From an uncultured Gemmatimonadales bacterium (GTDB lineage Bacteria > Gemmatimonadota > Gemmatimonadetes > Longimicrobiales > RSA9): a stretch of DNA of 64,000 nucleotides. Location of the stretch: the NCBI GenBank assembly GCA_963798845.1, contig CAWCUS010000002.1, forward strand, positions 448,001 through 512,000, in the 5' to 3' direction. The stretch's first letter is position 1, and each line of letters opens with the position of its first letter. The position numbers and the translations under genes were made by a program. Positions 40,915-51,380 of the stretch are shown in pieces. The notes beneath the pieces were generated by a model. It saw only the letters and a program-made list of their open reading frames with translations. It was not told where the DNA came from and did not search any database.

Positions 40915-42015
40915 TCAGACGAGTCCCACCAGCTGACGGAGCAGTCCGACGAAGCGGACGGCCTCCACGACCGTGCGGGGCGAGGGGAAGCGTCGCTGGC
41001 CGAAGGAGTGGGAGAAGAGTGAGGTGATCCCGCCCCCCGCGAGGCGCCCGGGCGGGAGCGCCCGCCGCAACCGGACCATCTCGGTCCAGGGGATGAGGCG
41101 GTCATCGCGGCCGTGGGCGAGAAACACCGGCACGGTGACGCGCGGCAGCCAGGGTCCCGGGTCGAGGAGCGGCTCGGTCTCCAGCGCCGCGGCCACCATG
41201 CGATCCACGAGCGTGCCCACGCGCGTCCTCTCCTCCGCCGACAGCCGGGTTCCCGCAGGCGCCGCCAGCAGGCCGTACACCTCCCGCTGGTCGGTCGAAA
41301 GGGTGCCCCGCAGGTCGGCCGCGCGCCCGTCCATGGCCGGGTCCCACGCGCGCAGCCCGTGCCGCCCCGCGTGGCGTGCCAGCGCCAGCAGCGCGTCCGC
41401 CAGCGCCGCGTCGCCGCGATGCTCGGGCAGGAGCGTGAGGTAGTTCCCGGCCAGGATCCACCGGCCGTACGGGTCGGGCTCCCGGTGGTGCGCCTCGCCG
41501 TCCAGCTCGTGGTCGCCGAGGAACATGAAGCGCGTGACGCGCAGCATGTCCGCGTACCCGCCCCACGCCGCCACGCCCGCGATGCGTCCGTGGAGGGCAG
41601 GGTCGCAGGCCGCGATGAGCGCCTGCGTCGCCCCGAAGGAAAAGCCCAAGACACCGATCCGACCGGGCTCGGTGAGGCCGCGGGCGTCGAGAGCGAGCAC
41701 GGCGGCGCGGATCGTGTCGACGGTGGTCCGGGGCGCCACGTGGAGCGCTCGCCACTCGGGGATGTCGGGGACAAGGACGACCGTTCCGGACGCGGCGAGG
41801 GCTCGTGCAAGGCGGCGGAGCGACTCGTGATGTCGGCCGTGATAGGTGATCCCGTGCAGCGTCATCCACCCGGGCAGCGGCGTGCGGGCTGCACGAGGCC
41901 TGTAGACGGTTGCGGGAAGCGTCTGTCCGCCGCGTTCGTAGACCGTCTCCTCCTCCACGACTGCGCGCTGACGGGGCGCCAGGAACTCGCGGAGGAAGCG
42001 GAGCGTCGAGGACAT
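40915..42015 (-). CDS. Alpha/beta hydrolase
   Basis: From MSSTLRF; LHG, GFSFG nucleophile elbow, HGRDDRLIP. Confidence 0.8.
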   Translation of the reverse strand: MSSTLRFLREFLAPRQRAVVEEETVYERGGQTLPATVYRPRAARTPLPGWMTLHGITYHGRHHESLRRLARALAASGTVVLVPDIPEWRALHVAPRTTVDTIRAAVLALDARGLTEPGRIGVLGFSFGATQALIAACDPALHGRIAGVAAWGGYADMLRVTRFMFLGDHELDGEAHHREPDPYGRWILAGNYLTLLPEHRGDAALADALLALARHAGRHGLRAWDPAMDGRAADLRGTLSTDQREVYGLLAAPAGTRLSAEERTRVGTLVDRMVAAALETEPLLDPGPWLPRVTVPVFLAHGRDDRLIPWTEMVRLRRALPPGRLAGGGITSLFSHSFGQRRFPSPRTVVEAVRFVGLLRQLVGLV

Positions 42016-42061
42016 CGCCGAGGGCGGGTGCGCCGGGGTTCCCTGCCGCGGCCTGCCGCCG

Positions 42062-43738
42062 CTAGCGAGCGCCGCGGAGGAAGAAGGGCTCGAGGAAGCG
42101 GAAGGCATCGTCGTGCGGCGCCGGCTCGGCCCCGGCGTTCACGTCCAGGCGCATGACGCGCACCGTGTCGCCCGCGAACGCCCGCGGCCAGCGTGGGAGG
42201 CCGGTTCCGCCCGGCTGGTTCGGATCCCCGGTCTTCACGAAGTTGGCGAAGTACGTCTGCATGAGCTCGGAGAGCGCGTGATCCTCCGCCGTCCACGCGT
42301 AGACCTCGTTCGTGGCCAGGTTGCCCAGGGCGTACTCGATCTCCGACGAGTGCACGGCGCCGCGAGCGGGCGGCGGCGCCTCTTCGGTGCGGCCGGGCGG
42401 ACGCGGGCGCGCGAACAGGTAGCGGTACACGGGAGCGTCCCCGCCCGTGCGGCCATGGAGCTGGGCCCATTTCCACGTGCTGAAGCTTATGAAGCGGGCG
42501 CCGGCGAGGAAGGTGGCCGACTCCATCACCTGCTCCGGCGTGCCGCCCGGCAGGAGCCGGAGCAGGGCATCGGTGCTGTCCCCGAGCACCTGGCGAACCA
42601 CTGAATCGTAGCGCGCGGGCGACGGCTCGTCCGTCCCGAGGATCGCTCGCCAGCCCCCCTCCTCCGTGTTCCACCCCACGAGCAGCGGGATCGCGGCCTG
42701 GTCTCCCGATGCCAGGATCTCCGCGGGCGGCCGGGGAAGGAAGAAGCCGTCGACCACCGGGGGGAAGCCGCCGACGCCGGGCTGCCCCGTGGCTCGCAGC
42801 AGGCTGTCGGCAGGGACTCGACGCAGCTCGGCGAGCGACGTCGTCCCCAGGGCCCTCGCGAACGCCTCGCCCTTCGCCTCGGCGTCCGCCAGCGGCACCG
42901 GCGCGGAGGTAGGTCGGATCATCGCACCGCTCTCGCCGATGGCGCCCGCCAGGAGGTCGCGGGAGAGCGGCGACGTCATGAGCGCGCTCACGGAGATCGA
43001 GCCGGCGGACTCACCGCCGATGGTCACCCTCTCCGGGTCGCCGCCGAACGCGGCGATGTTGCGCCGGACCCAGCGGAGCGCTGCCACCTGGTCGAGAAAA
43101 GCGTAATTGCCTGAAGCGTGACGCGTCGACTCGGCGGTGAGCGCGGGGTGCGCCAGGAGGCCGAAGACGTCGAGGCGGTAGTTGGTCGTGACGACGACCA
43201 GCCCCCGCCGGGCGAGGCTCTCCCCATCATAGCGCAGCTCCGAGCCGTCCCCCGCGATCATCCCGCCGCCGTAGAAGTAGACCAGAACCGGCAGGCGCGC
43301 GTCTGCGGCGGCTGCGGAGGTCCAGACGTTCAGGTACAGGCAGTCCTCGCTCATGCCGTTCGAGCGGAAGACCATGTCGCCGAACACCGGCCGCTGCATG
43401 CACCGCGGGCCGAAGCGGTCGGCGTTCCGGACGCCGCTCCACGCGGGAGGGGGCTGCGGCGGACGCCAGCGGAGTTCGCCCACGGGCGGCGCCGCGAAGG
43501 GGATGCCGCGGAAGGTGCGGACGCGAGCGTCGCTGGACCTCGTCCCGGCCAGGAGCCCGCCCGCGACGCGCACGGTGTCTCCGGCGGCGAAGCCGGACGC
43601 GGCGCCCGCTCCGCCAGGCTGGGGGCCCTCGGTGGCGGGCGGCGAGCCTTCGCGGGCGGCGCAGCCGCCGATGGACGCGAGCACGGCGGCGCCGAGGAGG
43701 AGGCGTGCGGAGCAGGCCGGGGCCCGGGGCGTGGCCAT
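42062..43738 (-). CDS. Type-B carboxylesterase, probable lipoprotein
   Basis: FRGIPFAAPP, SEDCLYLNVW, FGGDP, GESAG, HSSE. Confidence 0.93.
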   Translation of the reverse strand: MATPRAPACSARLLLGAAVLASIGGCAAREGSPPATEGPQPGGAGAASGFAAGDTVRVAGGLLAGTRSSDARVRTFRGIPFAAPPVGELRWRPPQPPPAWSGVRNADRFGPRCMQRPVFGDMVFRSNGMSEDCLYLNVWTSAAAADARLPVLVYFYGGGMIAGDGSELRYDGESLARRGLVVVTTNYRLDVFGLLAHPALTAESTRHASGNYAFLDQVAALRWVRRNIAAFGGDPERVTIGGESAGSISVSALMTSPLSRDLLAGAIGESGAMIRPTSAPVPLADAEAKGEAFARALGTTSLAELRRVPADSLLRATGQPGVGGFPPVVDGFFLPRPPAEILASGDQAAIPLLVGWNTEEGGWRAILGTDEPSPARYDSVVRQVLGDSTDALLRLLPGGTPEQVMESATFLAGARFISFSTWKWAQLHGRTGGDAPVYRYLFARPRPPGRTEEAPPPARGAVHSSEIEYALGNLATNEVYAWTAEDHALSELMQTYFANFVKTGDPNQPGGTGLPRWPRAFAGDTVRVMRLDVNAGAEPAPHDDAFRFLEPFFLRGAR

Positions 43739-43746
43739 GCCCGGCG

Positions 43747-45931
43747 TCAGTAGGCGGCCAGCTCGCGGATCGCGGCCAGCACCTTCTCCGCGTCCGGGAG
43801 GATGGCGGCTTCGAGCTGGGGCGCGTAGGCCACCCACGTGTCCAGGCTGGCGACCCGCTTCACGGGGCCATCCAGCCACTCGAAGAGGTCACTGGCGAGG
43901 CGGGCGCTGATCTCGCTGCCGATTCCCCAGCTCAGGCTGTCCTCGTGGGCGACCACCACCTTGTTCGTTTTCCTCACGCTGGCGGCGACGGTCTCCATGT
44001 CCAGCGGGTTGAGCGAGCGGAGGTCGATCACCTCCACGCTGGTCCCGTCCTGGTCCTCCGCCATCCGGGCCGCGTCCAGCGACCGCTTCACCACCGCGCC
44101 GCAGGTCACGACCGTCAGATCCGTCCCTTCCCGCACCACCTTCGCCTTCCCGAACGGGATCATGAAGTCGGGCCCCGGATACGGGCTCTTGTTGTACACC
44201 TGCCGGTAGAGGTGCTTGTGCTCGAGGAAGATGACCGGGTCCTCGGAGCGGATGGCCGTGCGCAGGAGGCCGGCGGCGTCCAGCGCCGTGGACGGCATGA
44301 CCACGCGCAGCCCGGGGGAGTGCGTGAACAGCGTCTCCCCCGTCTGGCTGTGGTAGATGGCGCCTCCCTTCAGGTAGCCGCCGTACGTGACGCGGACGAC
44401 CACCGGGGCGGCCCAGCTGCCGGCGCTCCGGTAGCGCATGGTGGCCAGCTCGTTGCGCAGCTGCTGGAACGCCGGCCAGATGTAGTCGAAGAACTGGATT
44501 TCCACGACCGGCTTGACTCCCCGCACCGCCATGCCGATGGCCCTGCCCACGATGTTGGCCTCCGCCAGCGGCGAGTTGAACACGCGCGTCCCGCCGAACT
44601 TCTGCTGGAGCCCCCACGTGACCTTGAAGACCCCGCCTTTCCCCTTGCACTCGTCGAGCGCGTCCTCTCGGCTCGCGTCCGCAACGTCCTCGCCGAAGAG
44701 CACGATCCGCGGGTCGCGCGCCATCTCGTCGCGGAGGCAGGAGTTGAGGAGGTCCACCATGGTGGTCTCGTCCCCTTCGAATGCCGGCGAATCCTCAGTG
44801 TCGAACGCGGCCGACGTCGGGTCCACCTCCTCCGAGTACAGGAACTTCATCGCCGTCTCCGGCGCCGGTTGCGGCTGCTCGAGCGCGCGATCCGCTGCTT
44901 CGCCCACCTCGTCGCGGACCTCCTGCTCCAGCGTGTCCAGCTCCTCCGCCGTGGCGATCCCCTCGTCCTCCAGGTACTTCCGGAACGTCACCAGCGGGTC
45001 CCGCGTCGCCTCCGCCTCCCGCTCCTTCGACGTCCTGTACATCCGCTCGTCGTCGGACATGGAATGGGAGTACGGCCGGATCACATGGGCGTGCAGCAGC
45101 GCCGGCCCCTTCCGCTTCCGGCAGTGCTCCACCGCCTTCCTCGACGCTTCCAGGCTTTCCGGCAGGTCCGTGCCGTCGTACTCCTGGATGAACAGGTCCG
45201 GGAAGCCTTTCACCAGCGCGCTGATCTTCCCGCCGGCCGTGTTCACCTCCACCGGCACCGAGATCGCGTACCCGTTGTCCTCCACCAGGAACACGACGGG
45301 AAGCTTCAGGTTCGACGCCGTATTCAGCGCCTCCCAGAACTCCCCTTCCGACGTCTGGCCCTCGCCGGTGGTGCAGAGGACCACTTCATCGTCCTCGAAG
45401 GATTCGATCTCACCCCGCATCTCCTCCAGGAGGCCAGCCCGCCACGCACCCTCCGCCGTGCCGACGGCCTGCAGGCACTGCGTCCCCGTGGGCGACGACG
45501 TGCTCACGATACGCAGCTCCCGGTGGCCCCAGTGCGACGGCATTCTGGCGTCCACCGCTCGCCGGGTCCACTTCAGCCCCCACCGCCTGCAGCAGCTGCT
45601 CGTACGGCGTCACCCCGAGCGCCTGGCTCAACGCCCGGTCCCGGTAGTACAGGTAGGCCCAGTCCTTCCCCGGCCGCAGCCAGTGCGCCACCGCCACCTG
45701 CGCCGCCTCGTGGCCCGCGCCGGAGATCTGGAAGAAGATCTTGTTCTGCCGCTTCAGGCCGATCTCCTTGTCGTCCGTCCGCCGCGCGGCAAACATGGTC
45801 CGGTACAGCGAAAGCAGCGTCGACGCCTCCAACTCCTCGGGACGCCCGTTCCCGGACGACGACGTCGTCGCACCGGCCTTCCCGCCGCCTTCTCCGCTCT
45901 TCGTCCTGGCTTGCCTGGTGGCCATGCTCAT
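43747..45931 (-). CDS. Fused 2-oxoacid dehydrogenase E1 alpha/beta (branched-chain type); apparent +1 base near 45544
   Basis: [14 protein letters not shown] and DPASGGRQ in one frame continue as MPSHWG...GEG...DNGYAIS...HSMSDD...GEDV...YHSQ in the other. Confidence 0.9.
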
Positions 45932-46248
45932 CCGGGTTGAGTGGACAGAAACGCAAGATAACCGTTCTCGCGCGGGCCTCGCCACCGAGCCAAGCCTGCC
46001 CGGCGCGTCCGCGGGCCGCGGCAGAACTGTCGGAGCCGCGGCCGTGGCGAAGGGGAGCCGGGCGCGCGCCTCCGGGGCGTCCGGTCGGGACCTGCCAGGG
46101 CGGTGCAACATCGAGGCCCGGGGAGCCCATGTTGGCGGAAGCCGCGACCCGGCCGCCGGGGGTGATCCATCACATCCCTCGACCGGAATCACGGATTTCT
46201 GTATCTTGATGGTCGGGTCCCCTCCCCGGATCACCTCACAGACGAACC

Positions 46249-46524
46249 GTGCAAACCACGACGCCCACGAGGCTGCTGGCCTCCATGCTGGTGCGGCCGC
46301 ACGTGTGGATGGGGCTGGTCCGTGCCGGCTGGCGGTTCCGGAGCCGCGGCTGGTGGCGTCGATTGCCGTTCCTCCCATTGCCGCCGCGTGAATACCTGCT
46401 CTGGCGGCTTCACACCGCGTACGGGGAAGAAGGACGCGCGCCGACGGCGGGAGAAGTGGCGCGGTACGTGACGTGGGCCAACCGGATGCACGGCACGCGA
46501 CGAGCGGGAGTGCGAGCGCGATGA
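46249..46524 (+). CDS. Small hypothetical protein
   Basis: GWWRRLPFLPLPPREYLLWRLHTAYG; stop overlaps the next start (ATGA). Confidence 0.65.
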   Translation: MQTTTPTRLLASMLVRPHVWMGLVRAGWRFRSRGWWRRLPFLPLPPREYLLWRLHTAYGEEGRAPTAGEVARYVTWANRMHGTRRAGVRAR

Positions 46525-46967
46525 AGCGATTATTCCTGCTGATCCTGCTCCTCGGCCTGGCCACCGTCACGGTCCCGCCGCTCCGGCAGCGGGCCGAGCC
46601 CCATCTGAACGTGTTCCGGGTGTGGCTCGGCGACAAGCTCGAAGGTCCGATGTCGCCAGTGCTGACGCCGGTCCGCCAGATCAAGGGGCAGTCGGAGATC
46701 GGACAGTTCATCTCGAAGATGACTTCAGACCGGAACCGGGGGACCCCGCCGCCGCGGCCGAACGATTTCACCAACTACCTGGTCGGTCGCCGGCTGAGCG
46801 AGGACGGGCTGGACCCCTGGGGGCTCCCGTACGTGGTGCAGCAGCGCCGGGACAGCCTGTACGTGGTCTCTGCGGGGCCCGACGTGGATTACGGCACGGA
46901 GGACGACCTCCGCCAGGGAATGCGGTACGCCCCCCCACGGACGGTGCGCCCCATGATCCGGCGGTAG
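46521..46967 (+). CDS. Membrane-anchored protein with a GspG-like pseudopilin C-terminal motif
   Basis: N-terminal hydrophobic helix; DPWGLPY...SAGPD...GTEDD. Confidence 0.65.
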   Translation: MKRLFLLILLLGLATVTVPPLRQRAEPHLNVFRVWLGDKLEGPMSPVLTPVRQIKGQSEIGQFISKMTSDRNRGTPPPRPNDFTNYLVGRRLSEDGLDPWGLPYVVQQRRDSLYVVSAGPDVDYGTEDDLRQGMRYAPPRTVRPMIRR

Positions 46968-46970
46968 GCA

Positions 46971-48230
46971 GTGTTCCGGGTCGGGCTGACGGGGAACGTA
47001 GCCAGCGGGAAGTCGTCGGTCGCCCGGGAGTGGTCGCGCCTGGGCGCGTCGGTGATCGACGCCGACGCTCTTGCCCGGCGCGCGGTGGAGCCCGGCTCGG
47101 CCGGCCTGGAACGGGTGCGCGAAGCGTTCGGCGACCAGGTCATCCGGGACGGGCAGCTGGACCGCGCGGCACTGCGTCGTCTGGTCTTCGCCGATGAGCA
47201 GGCGCGCCGGCGCCTGGAAGCGATCGTCCATCCGGAGGTCGGGCGTCTGCGAGCAGTGGAGGAAGCGCGGCTCGCAGAGCGCGGCCGGGAGATCGTGATC
47301 CACGACATCCCCCTCCTCTTCGAGGTCGGGCTCTCGGACGAGTTCGACATGATCGTGCTGGTGGACGCGCCCGCCGAGGTGCGCGCGCGCCGTCTGGCGA
47401 GAGAGCGCGGTCTGACCGGGGAGGAGATCCGGGCGGTGATGCGCTCGCAGATGCCGGCCTCGGGGAAGCGCGGAAGGGCCGACATCATCATCCCGAACGA
47501 GGGCTCGGTCGAGGAGCTGGGAGAGTCGGCGAGGCGGGTGTGGCGCGAGATCGTGAGACGGTCCGGCCGTCGCGGCGCCTCCGCGGCGGGGACGATCCGC
47601 GTGGACATGCACGTGCACACCCGGCTCTCGTTCGACTGCCGGAGCCGTCCGGATGCGGTAGTGAAGCGGACGCTGGAGGTGGGGCTCGGGCGCGTCTGCA
47701 TCACGGACCACAACGAGATCGAGGCCGCGCTGGACCTGCACGCCCGCTATCCGGACCGGGTGATCCCGGGCGAGGAGGTGAAGACGGCGGAGGGTGTGGA
47801 CGTGGTGGGGCTCTACCTCTCGGAATGGATCCCGAAGGGAACCCCGGCGCGCGAGACGTGCGAGCGCATCCACGAGCAGGGCGGGCTGGTGTACGTCCCG
47901 CACCCGTTCGCGGGCGGGAAGGGGGGCGGTGGCCGGATCCTCCCCATCATCCAGGATCTCGTGGACGCGGTGGAGGGGTTCAACGCGCGGCTGCACGACC
48001 AGTCGCTGAACGAGCGCGCCAGCGACTGGGCGCGGCAGCGCGGCCTCCCCACCGGCGCCGGCTCTGACGCCCATACGCTCTCGGAAGTGGGCCGCGCGTA
48101 CGTCGAGGTCCCCGCCTTCAACAACGACGCCCCCTCCTTCCTTGCCGCCCTCGGGCGGGGCACCGTGCACGGACGGGAATCGTCGCGCCTCGTGCACGTG
48201 GCCTCCACCGTGGCCAAGGTGCTGCCCTGA
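46971..48230 (+). CDS. coaE: Dephospho-CoA kinase fused to a PHP-family phosphoesterase
   Basis: GLTGNVASGKS, IDAD, LDRAAL, IVHP, DIPLLFE; then DMHVHT, ITDHN, GEEV, HPF, GSDAH. Confidence 0.88.
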   Translation: MFRVGLTGNVASGKSSVAREWSRLGASVIDADALARRAVEPGSAGLERVREAFGDQVIRDGQLDRAALRRLVFADEQARRRLEAIVHPEVGRLRAVEEARLAERGREIVIHDIPLLFEVGLSDEFDMIVLVDAPAEVRARRLARERGLTGEEIRAVMRSQMPASGKRGRADIIIPNEGSVEELGESARRVWREIVRRSGRRGASAAGTIRVDMHVHTRLSFDCRSRPDAVVKRTLEVGLGRVCITDHNEIEAALDLHARYPDRVIPGEEVKTAEGVDVVGLYLSEWIPKGTPARETCERIHEQGGLVYVPHPFAGGKGGGGRILPIIQDLVDAVEGFNARLHDQSLNERASDWARQRGLPTGAGSDAHTLSEVGRAYVEVPAFNNDAPSFLAALGRGTVHGRESSRLVHVASTVAKVLP

Positions 48231-48272
48231 GCCACCTTGCCGGCCACCCCCGGGTTCCGGTAGAGTTGCCAC

Positions 48273-49346
48273 GTGACTGACCCTAATCCGGCGGCAACTC
48301 CGATCCAGGACATTCTCGCCCTCCCGGCCAGCCGGCGTGCGGCGCTGCTCCGGCTGATCCCGCTGCTCGACGCGGCCACCGACGTGGTGTTGACCACGCA
48401 TGTCAACGCCGACGGCGATGGCGCGGGGTCCGAGGCCGCGCTGGCCGCGTGGCTGCTCGGCCGGGGCAAGCGCGTTTCCATCGCCAACCCCACGCCCTTC
48501 CCCGACCGTTTCACGTACATGCTCCCCGACGGCGTGGAGGTGCTGCGCCCCGGCACGGAGCTGGACGCCCGGGTCCGCGGCGCCGACCTGCTGGTGGTGC
48601 TGGACACGGGCGAGACCGGGCGCATCGGTCGCGTCGCCAAGGGGGTGCGCGACGACGCCGTCGTCGTGATCGACCACCACCCCGCGGGCGAGGGCGCCAT
48701 CGCCGGCCCCGGCGTTCGCGACCCGTCCGCGTGCGCCACGGGAGAGCTCGTGTACGACCTGTTCCTCACGGCTGGCGCGCGCGATTGGAGCCAGCCGATG
48801 CTCGAGGGACTGTACGCCGCCATCGAGACGGACACCGGGTCGTTCCGGTTCGCCAACACCACCGCCCGAACGCACGGCATCGCAGCCGACCTCGTGCGCC
48901 GCGGCATCGACCCCGAACGAGTGTACCGCCGCCTCCACGCCACTGTCCCGCTCGAGCGAATCCGCATGCTGCGGCTCGCCCTCGAGCACCTGGACACCGA
49001 CGAACTCCTCCCGATCACGTGGATCAGCATCCCCCGCGAGGTCACCCACGAGATGGGCGCCACCGCCGACGACCTTGACGACGTCGCCGAATACGCTCGC
49101 AACATCGAAGGCACCGAGGTGGCCCTCGTCTTCCGCGAGACGCTCGACGGCTCGACCAAGATCTCGTTCCGCTCCAACGGCGAGGTGGACGTCAACGCCA
49201 TCGCCCGGGAGTTCGGCGGCGGAGGCCACGTGAAAGCCGCCGGCGCCCTCGTCGGCGGGCCCGTCCAGGCGACCCGCCCCCGCGTCCTCGACGCCACTCG
49301 TCGTGCCGTGCGCGACACCCTCGGCCCCGACCCGCTCGCCGGATGA
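48273..49346 (+). CDS. nrnA: NrnA-type DHH/DHHA1 oligoribonuclease / PAP phosphatase
   Basis: THVNADGDG, IDHH, TDTGSF, SFRS, GGGGH. Confidence 0.88.
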   Translation: MTDPNPAATPIQDILALPASRRAALLRLIPLLDAATDVVLTTHVNADGDGAGSEAALAAWLLGRGKRVSIANPTPFPDRFTYMLPDGVEVLRPGTELDARVRGADLLVVLDTGETGRIGRVAKGVRDDAVVVIDHHPAGEGAIAGPGVRDPSACATGELVYDLFLTAGARDWSQPMLEGLYAAIETDTGSFRFANTTARTHGIAADLVRRGIDPERVYRRLHATVPLERIRMLRLALEHLDTDELLPITWISIPREVTHEMGATADDLDDVAEYARNIEGTEVALVFRETLDGSTKISFRSNGEVDVNAIAREFGGGGHVKAAGALVGGPVQATRPRVLDATRRAVRDTLGPDPLAG

Positions 49347-50008
49347 GCACCGGCAACCCCCAGCCGCCGACGCCGGACCCCGCACGCGAGGACCCCGACG
49401 CGCGCCTCGCCCGCATCCTCGCCGAGCACGCTCTCACCGGCGATGCCGTCGCCCCCGAAGCACCGGCCCAGGAGGAAGGGAGCCACCCCGATCCGCTCAT
49501 AGACCCCCTCGCCGCCGCCGACTCGGAGCACCGCGCCGGTCACCCCACCGAGGACTCCGCGACCGGTGACGCCACGCGTGACGCCCCGCTTTTCAGGCTC
49601 CTGTCTCTCGTCGAGGCGGAGGTCGGCGTCGAGCGCATCGACCGCGTCTGGCTCTTTCCGCCACGCCGCATCCAGGCCGGCGAAACGTCCGTGGTGGTCG
49701 TCGCGGCGTATGCAGACCCCGCCGGCGACCGCCGCCGCGTGCTCGCCGCACACTACACGGCCCCCGCCGACGCGCCCGAGCCCCGACTCCGACTCGACGA
49801 GTTCGGATCCGCGCCGGCCGATCGCCTCGGCCGCATGGTGGAGGAGGCCGTCGAGCGCCTCAAGGAGGACCTCGGCGCCGCTCCCCGCGCCGTCCGGATC
49901 GACGGCGATCTCGCGCGCTGGCTCGCCATGGTCCACGAGCTCGCCGAGCGCCACCTCGAAGAGGCCATGAACCCGCCGCGCCGCCGGCGGTACCAGGTGG
50001 GAGGATGA
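49343..50008 (+). CDS. Hypothetical protein
   Basis: ATGA overlap with the upstream gene; coding-like codon use; core IDRVWLFPP. Confidence 0.65.
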   Translation: MSTGNPQPPTPDPAREDPDARLARILAEHALTGDAVAPEAPAQEEGSHPDPLIDPLAAADSEHRAGHPTEDSATGDATRDAPLFRLLSLVEAEVGVERIDRVWLFPPRRIQAGETSVVVVAAYADPAGDRRRVLAAHYTAPADAPEPRLRLDEFGSAPADRLGRMVEEAVERLKEDLGAAPRAVRIDGDLARWLAMVHELAERHLEEAMNPPRRRRYQVGG

Positions 50009-50043
50009 CCCATATCACGACGCCGCGACGCCGCCTCCTCGCC

Positions 50044-50065
50044 CCCCGGGGCTTCGGCCCCGGGG
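50044..50065. terminator. GC-rich hairpin with a UUCG loop after the operon end
   Basis: CCCCGGGGC-TTCG-GCCCCGGGG; no U tract, so a terminator role is uncertain. Confidence 0.45.
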
Positions 50066-50075
50066 CCGCGTCCGA

Positions 50076-50121
50076 TTGCGTGGCGGCGGGCGATCCGCTA
50101 TCAATAATGAATATTGATTAA
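50076..50121 (+). promoter_or_regulatory. fur promoter with an overlapping AT-rich palindrome (Fur-family box candidate)
   Basis: TTGCGT-N17-TATCAA; ATCAATA-ATGAA-TATTGAT at 50100-50118 includes ATAATGA. Confidence 0.6.
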
Positions 50122-50135
50122 CGGGGTGCGGCACC

Positions 50136-50615
50136 ATGAGCTACGTCCATCTGTTCAGACGGTACCTGAGGGAGCAGGGGCTTCCGGTCACACAGCAGCG
50201 GGAGGCTGTGGCGGAAGTGGTGTTCTCGACCGAGGGGCACCTGTCGGTGGAGGACATCGAGGCGCGGCTGCGGGAGCGCGGGGAGAAGACCGGGAAGGCG
50301 ACGGTCTACCGCACGATGGAGATGCTGGTGAAGAGCGGGCTGGTGGCGGAGCGGGATTTCGGGGAGGGGTTCAAGCGGTACGAGCATCTGTTCGGCGCGA
50401 TGCCGGTGCACGGGCATTTGATCTGTGAGGAGTGCGGGGAGGTTTCCGAGATCCAGGCGGAAGAGTTGAAGGAGGTGCAGGACCGGGTGGCGCGTGAAGC
50501 GGGTTTTACGCCGCAGCGGTACCGGGTGGAGATTTATGGTCTGTGCGCGAAGTGCAGGGACGCGGGAAAGCGGCTGGAGTGGAAGGGCCTGAGCTGTCCG
50601 ATCGAGACGGTGTAG
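50136..50615 (+). CDS. fur: Fur-family transcriptional regulator
   Basis: TQQRE, ATVYRT, HGHLICEECG, GLCAKC. Confidence 0.92.
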   Translation: MSYVHLFRRYLREQGLPVTQQREAVAEVVFSTEGHLSVEDIEARLRERGEKTGKATVYRTMEMLVKSGLVAERDFGEGFKRYEHLFGAMPVHGHLICEECGEVSEIQAEELKEVQDRVAREAGFTPQRYRVEIYGLCAKCRDAGKRLEWKGLSCPIETV

Positions 50616-50737
50616 CGCGGTCTGGCGCCCGCGCGTGTCGCGCCTGAAGGAGCGTCTCCTGGCTGGCCCCCTGCTTGCGTCCGGCGGCCCCCACATTACC
50701 TTCCCGCAAAGAACAGGGGCCACAGACGGAACAGTCA

Positions 50738-51301
50738 ATGCCGATCCAGACGCAGCACTTCGTGCCATCCCAGGGATTCATGACCACGGGAGTCGGCTAC
50801 GCCAAGGAAAAGCTCACGAGTTTCGAGGAAGCGCTGCGGGACGCGGGGATCGCGAGCTACAACCTGGTGAGGGTCTCGAGCATCTTTCCGCCGAGGTGCG
50901 AGATCATACCGAAGGCTGAGGGCCTGCAGCTGCTGCGGCCGGGGCAGATCCTGTTCTGTGTGCTGGCGGAGATGGCGACGAACGAGCCGGGTCGGCGGAT
51001 CGCATCGTCGATCGGGCTGGCGCTGCCGAAGGACCGGGATCACTACGGCTATATCTCGGAAGTCCACATGAACGGGCGGACATCCGACCAGGCGGGGGAG
51101 TACGCGGAGGACCTGGCGGCGTCGATGCTGGCCACCGTGCTGGGTGAGCCGTTCGACCCGGACGCGGCTTGGGACGCGCGCAAGGAGCAGTGGATGCTGG
51201 GCGGTAAGATCGTGCACACGCAGAACTTCGCCGCGGCCGCGCAGGGACCGGACGACGGCCACTGGGTCACCACGGTGGCGAGCGCGGTCTTCTGCGGCTG
51301 A
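50738..51301 (+). CDS. pdaD: Pyruvoyl-dependent arginine decarboxylase
   Basis: SFEEALRDAGIASYNLVRVSSIFPP with the Ser-Ser cleavage site; GYISE; adjacent to agmatinase. Confidence 0.9.
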   Translation: MPIQTQHFVPSQGFMTTGVGYAKEKLTSFEEALRDAGIASYNLVRVSSIFPPRCEIIPKAEGLQLLRPGQILFCVLAEMATNEPGRRIASSIGLALPKDRDHYGYISEVHMNGRTSDQAGEYAEDLAASMLATVLGEPFDPDAAWDARKEQWMLGGKIVHTQNFAAAAQGPDDGHWVTTVASAVFCG

Positions 51302-51380
51302 CGAGGTGCCGAATCAGAGGAATGAAGGGGCTCCCGGTCGGGGGCCCCTCGTGCATCCGGAACCATGGGCTGGAGGGGTA

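Noticed and set aside
43747..45931. True pseudogenes (E1, agmatinase, DHH, cytochrome)
   Set aside because: Each has exactly one +1 base in a shared sequence context and no other decay.
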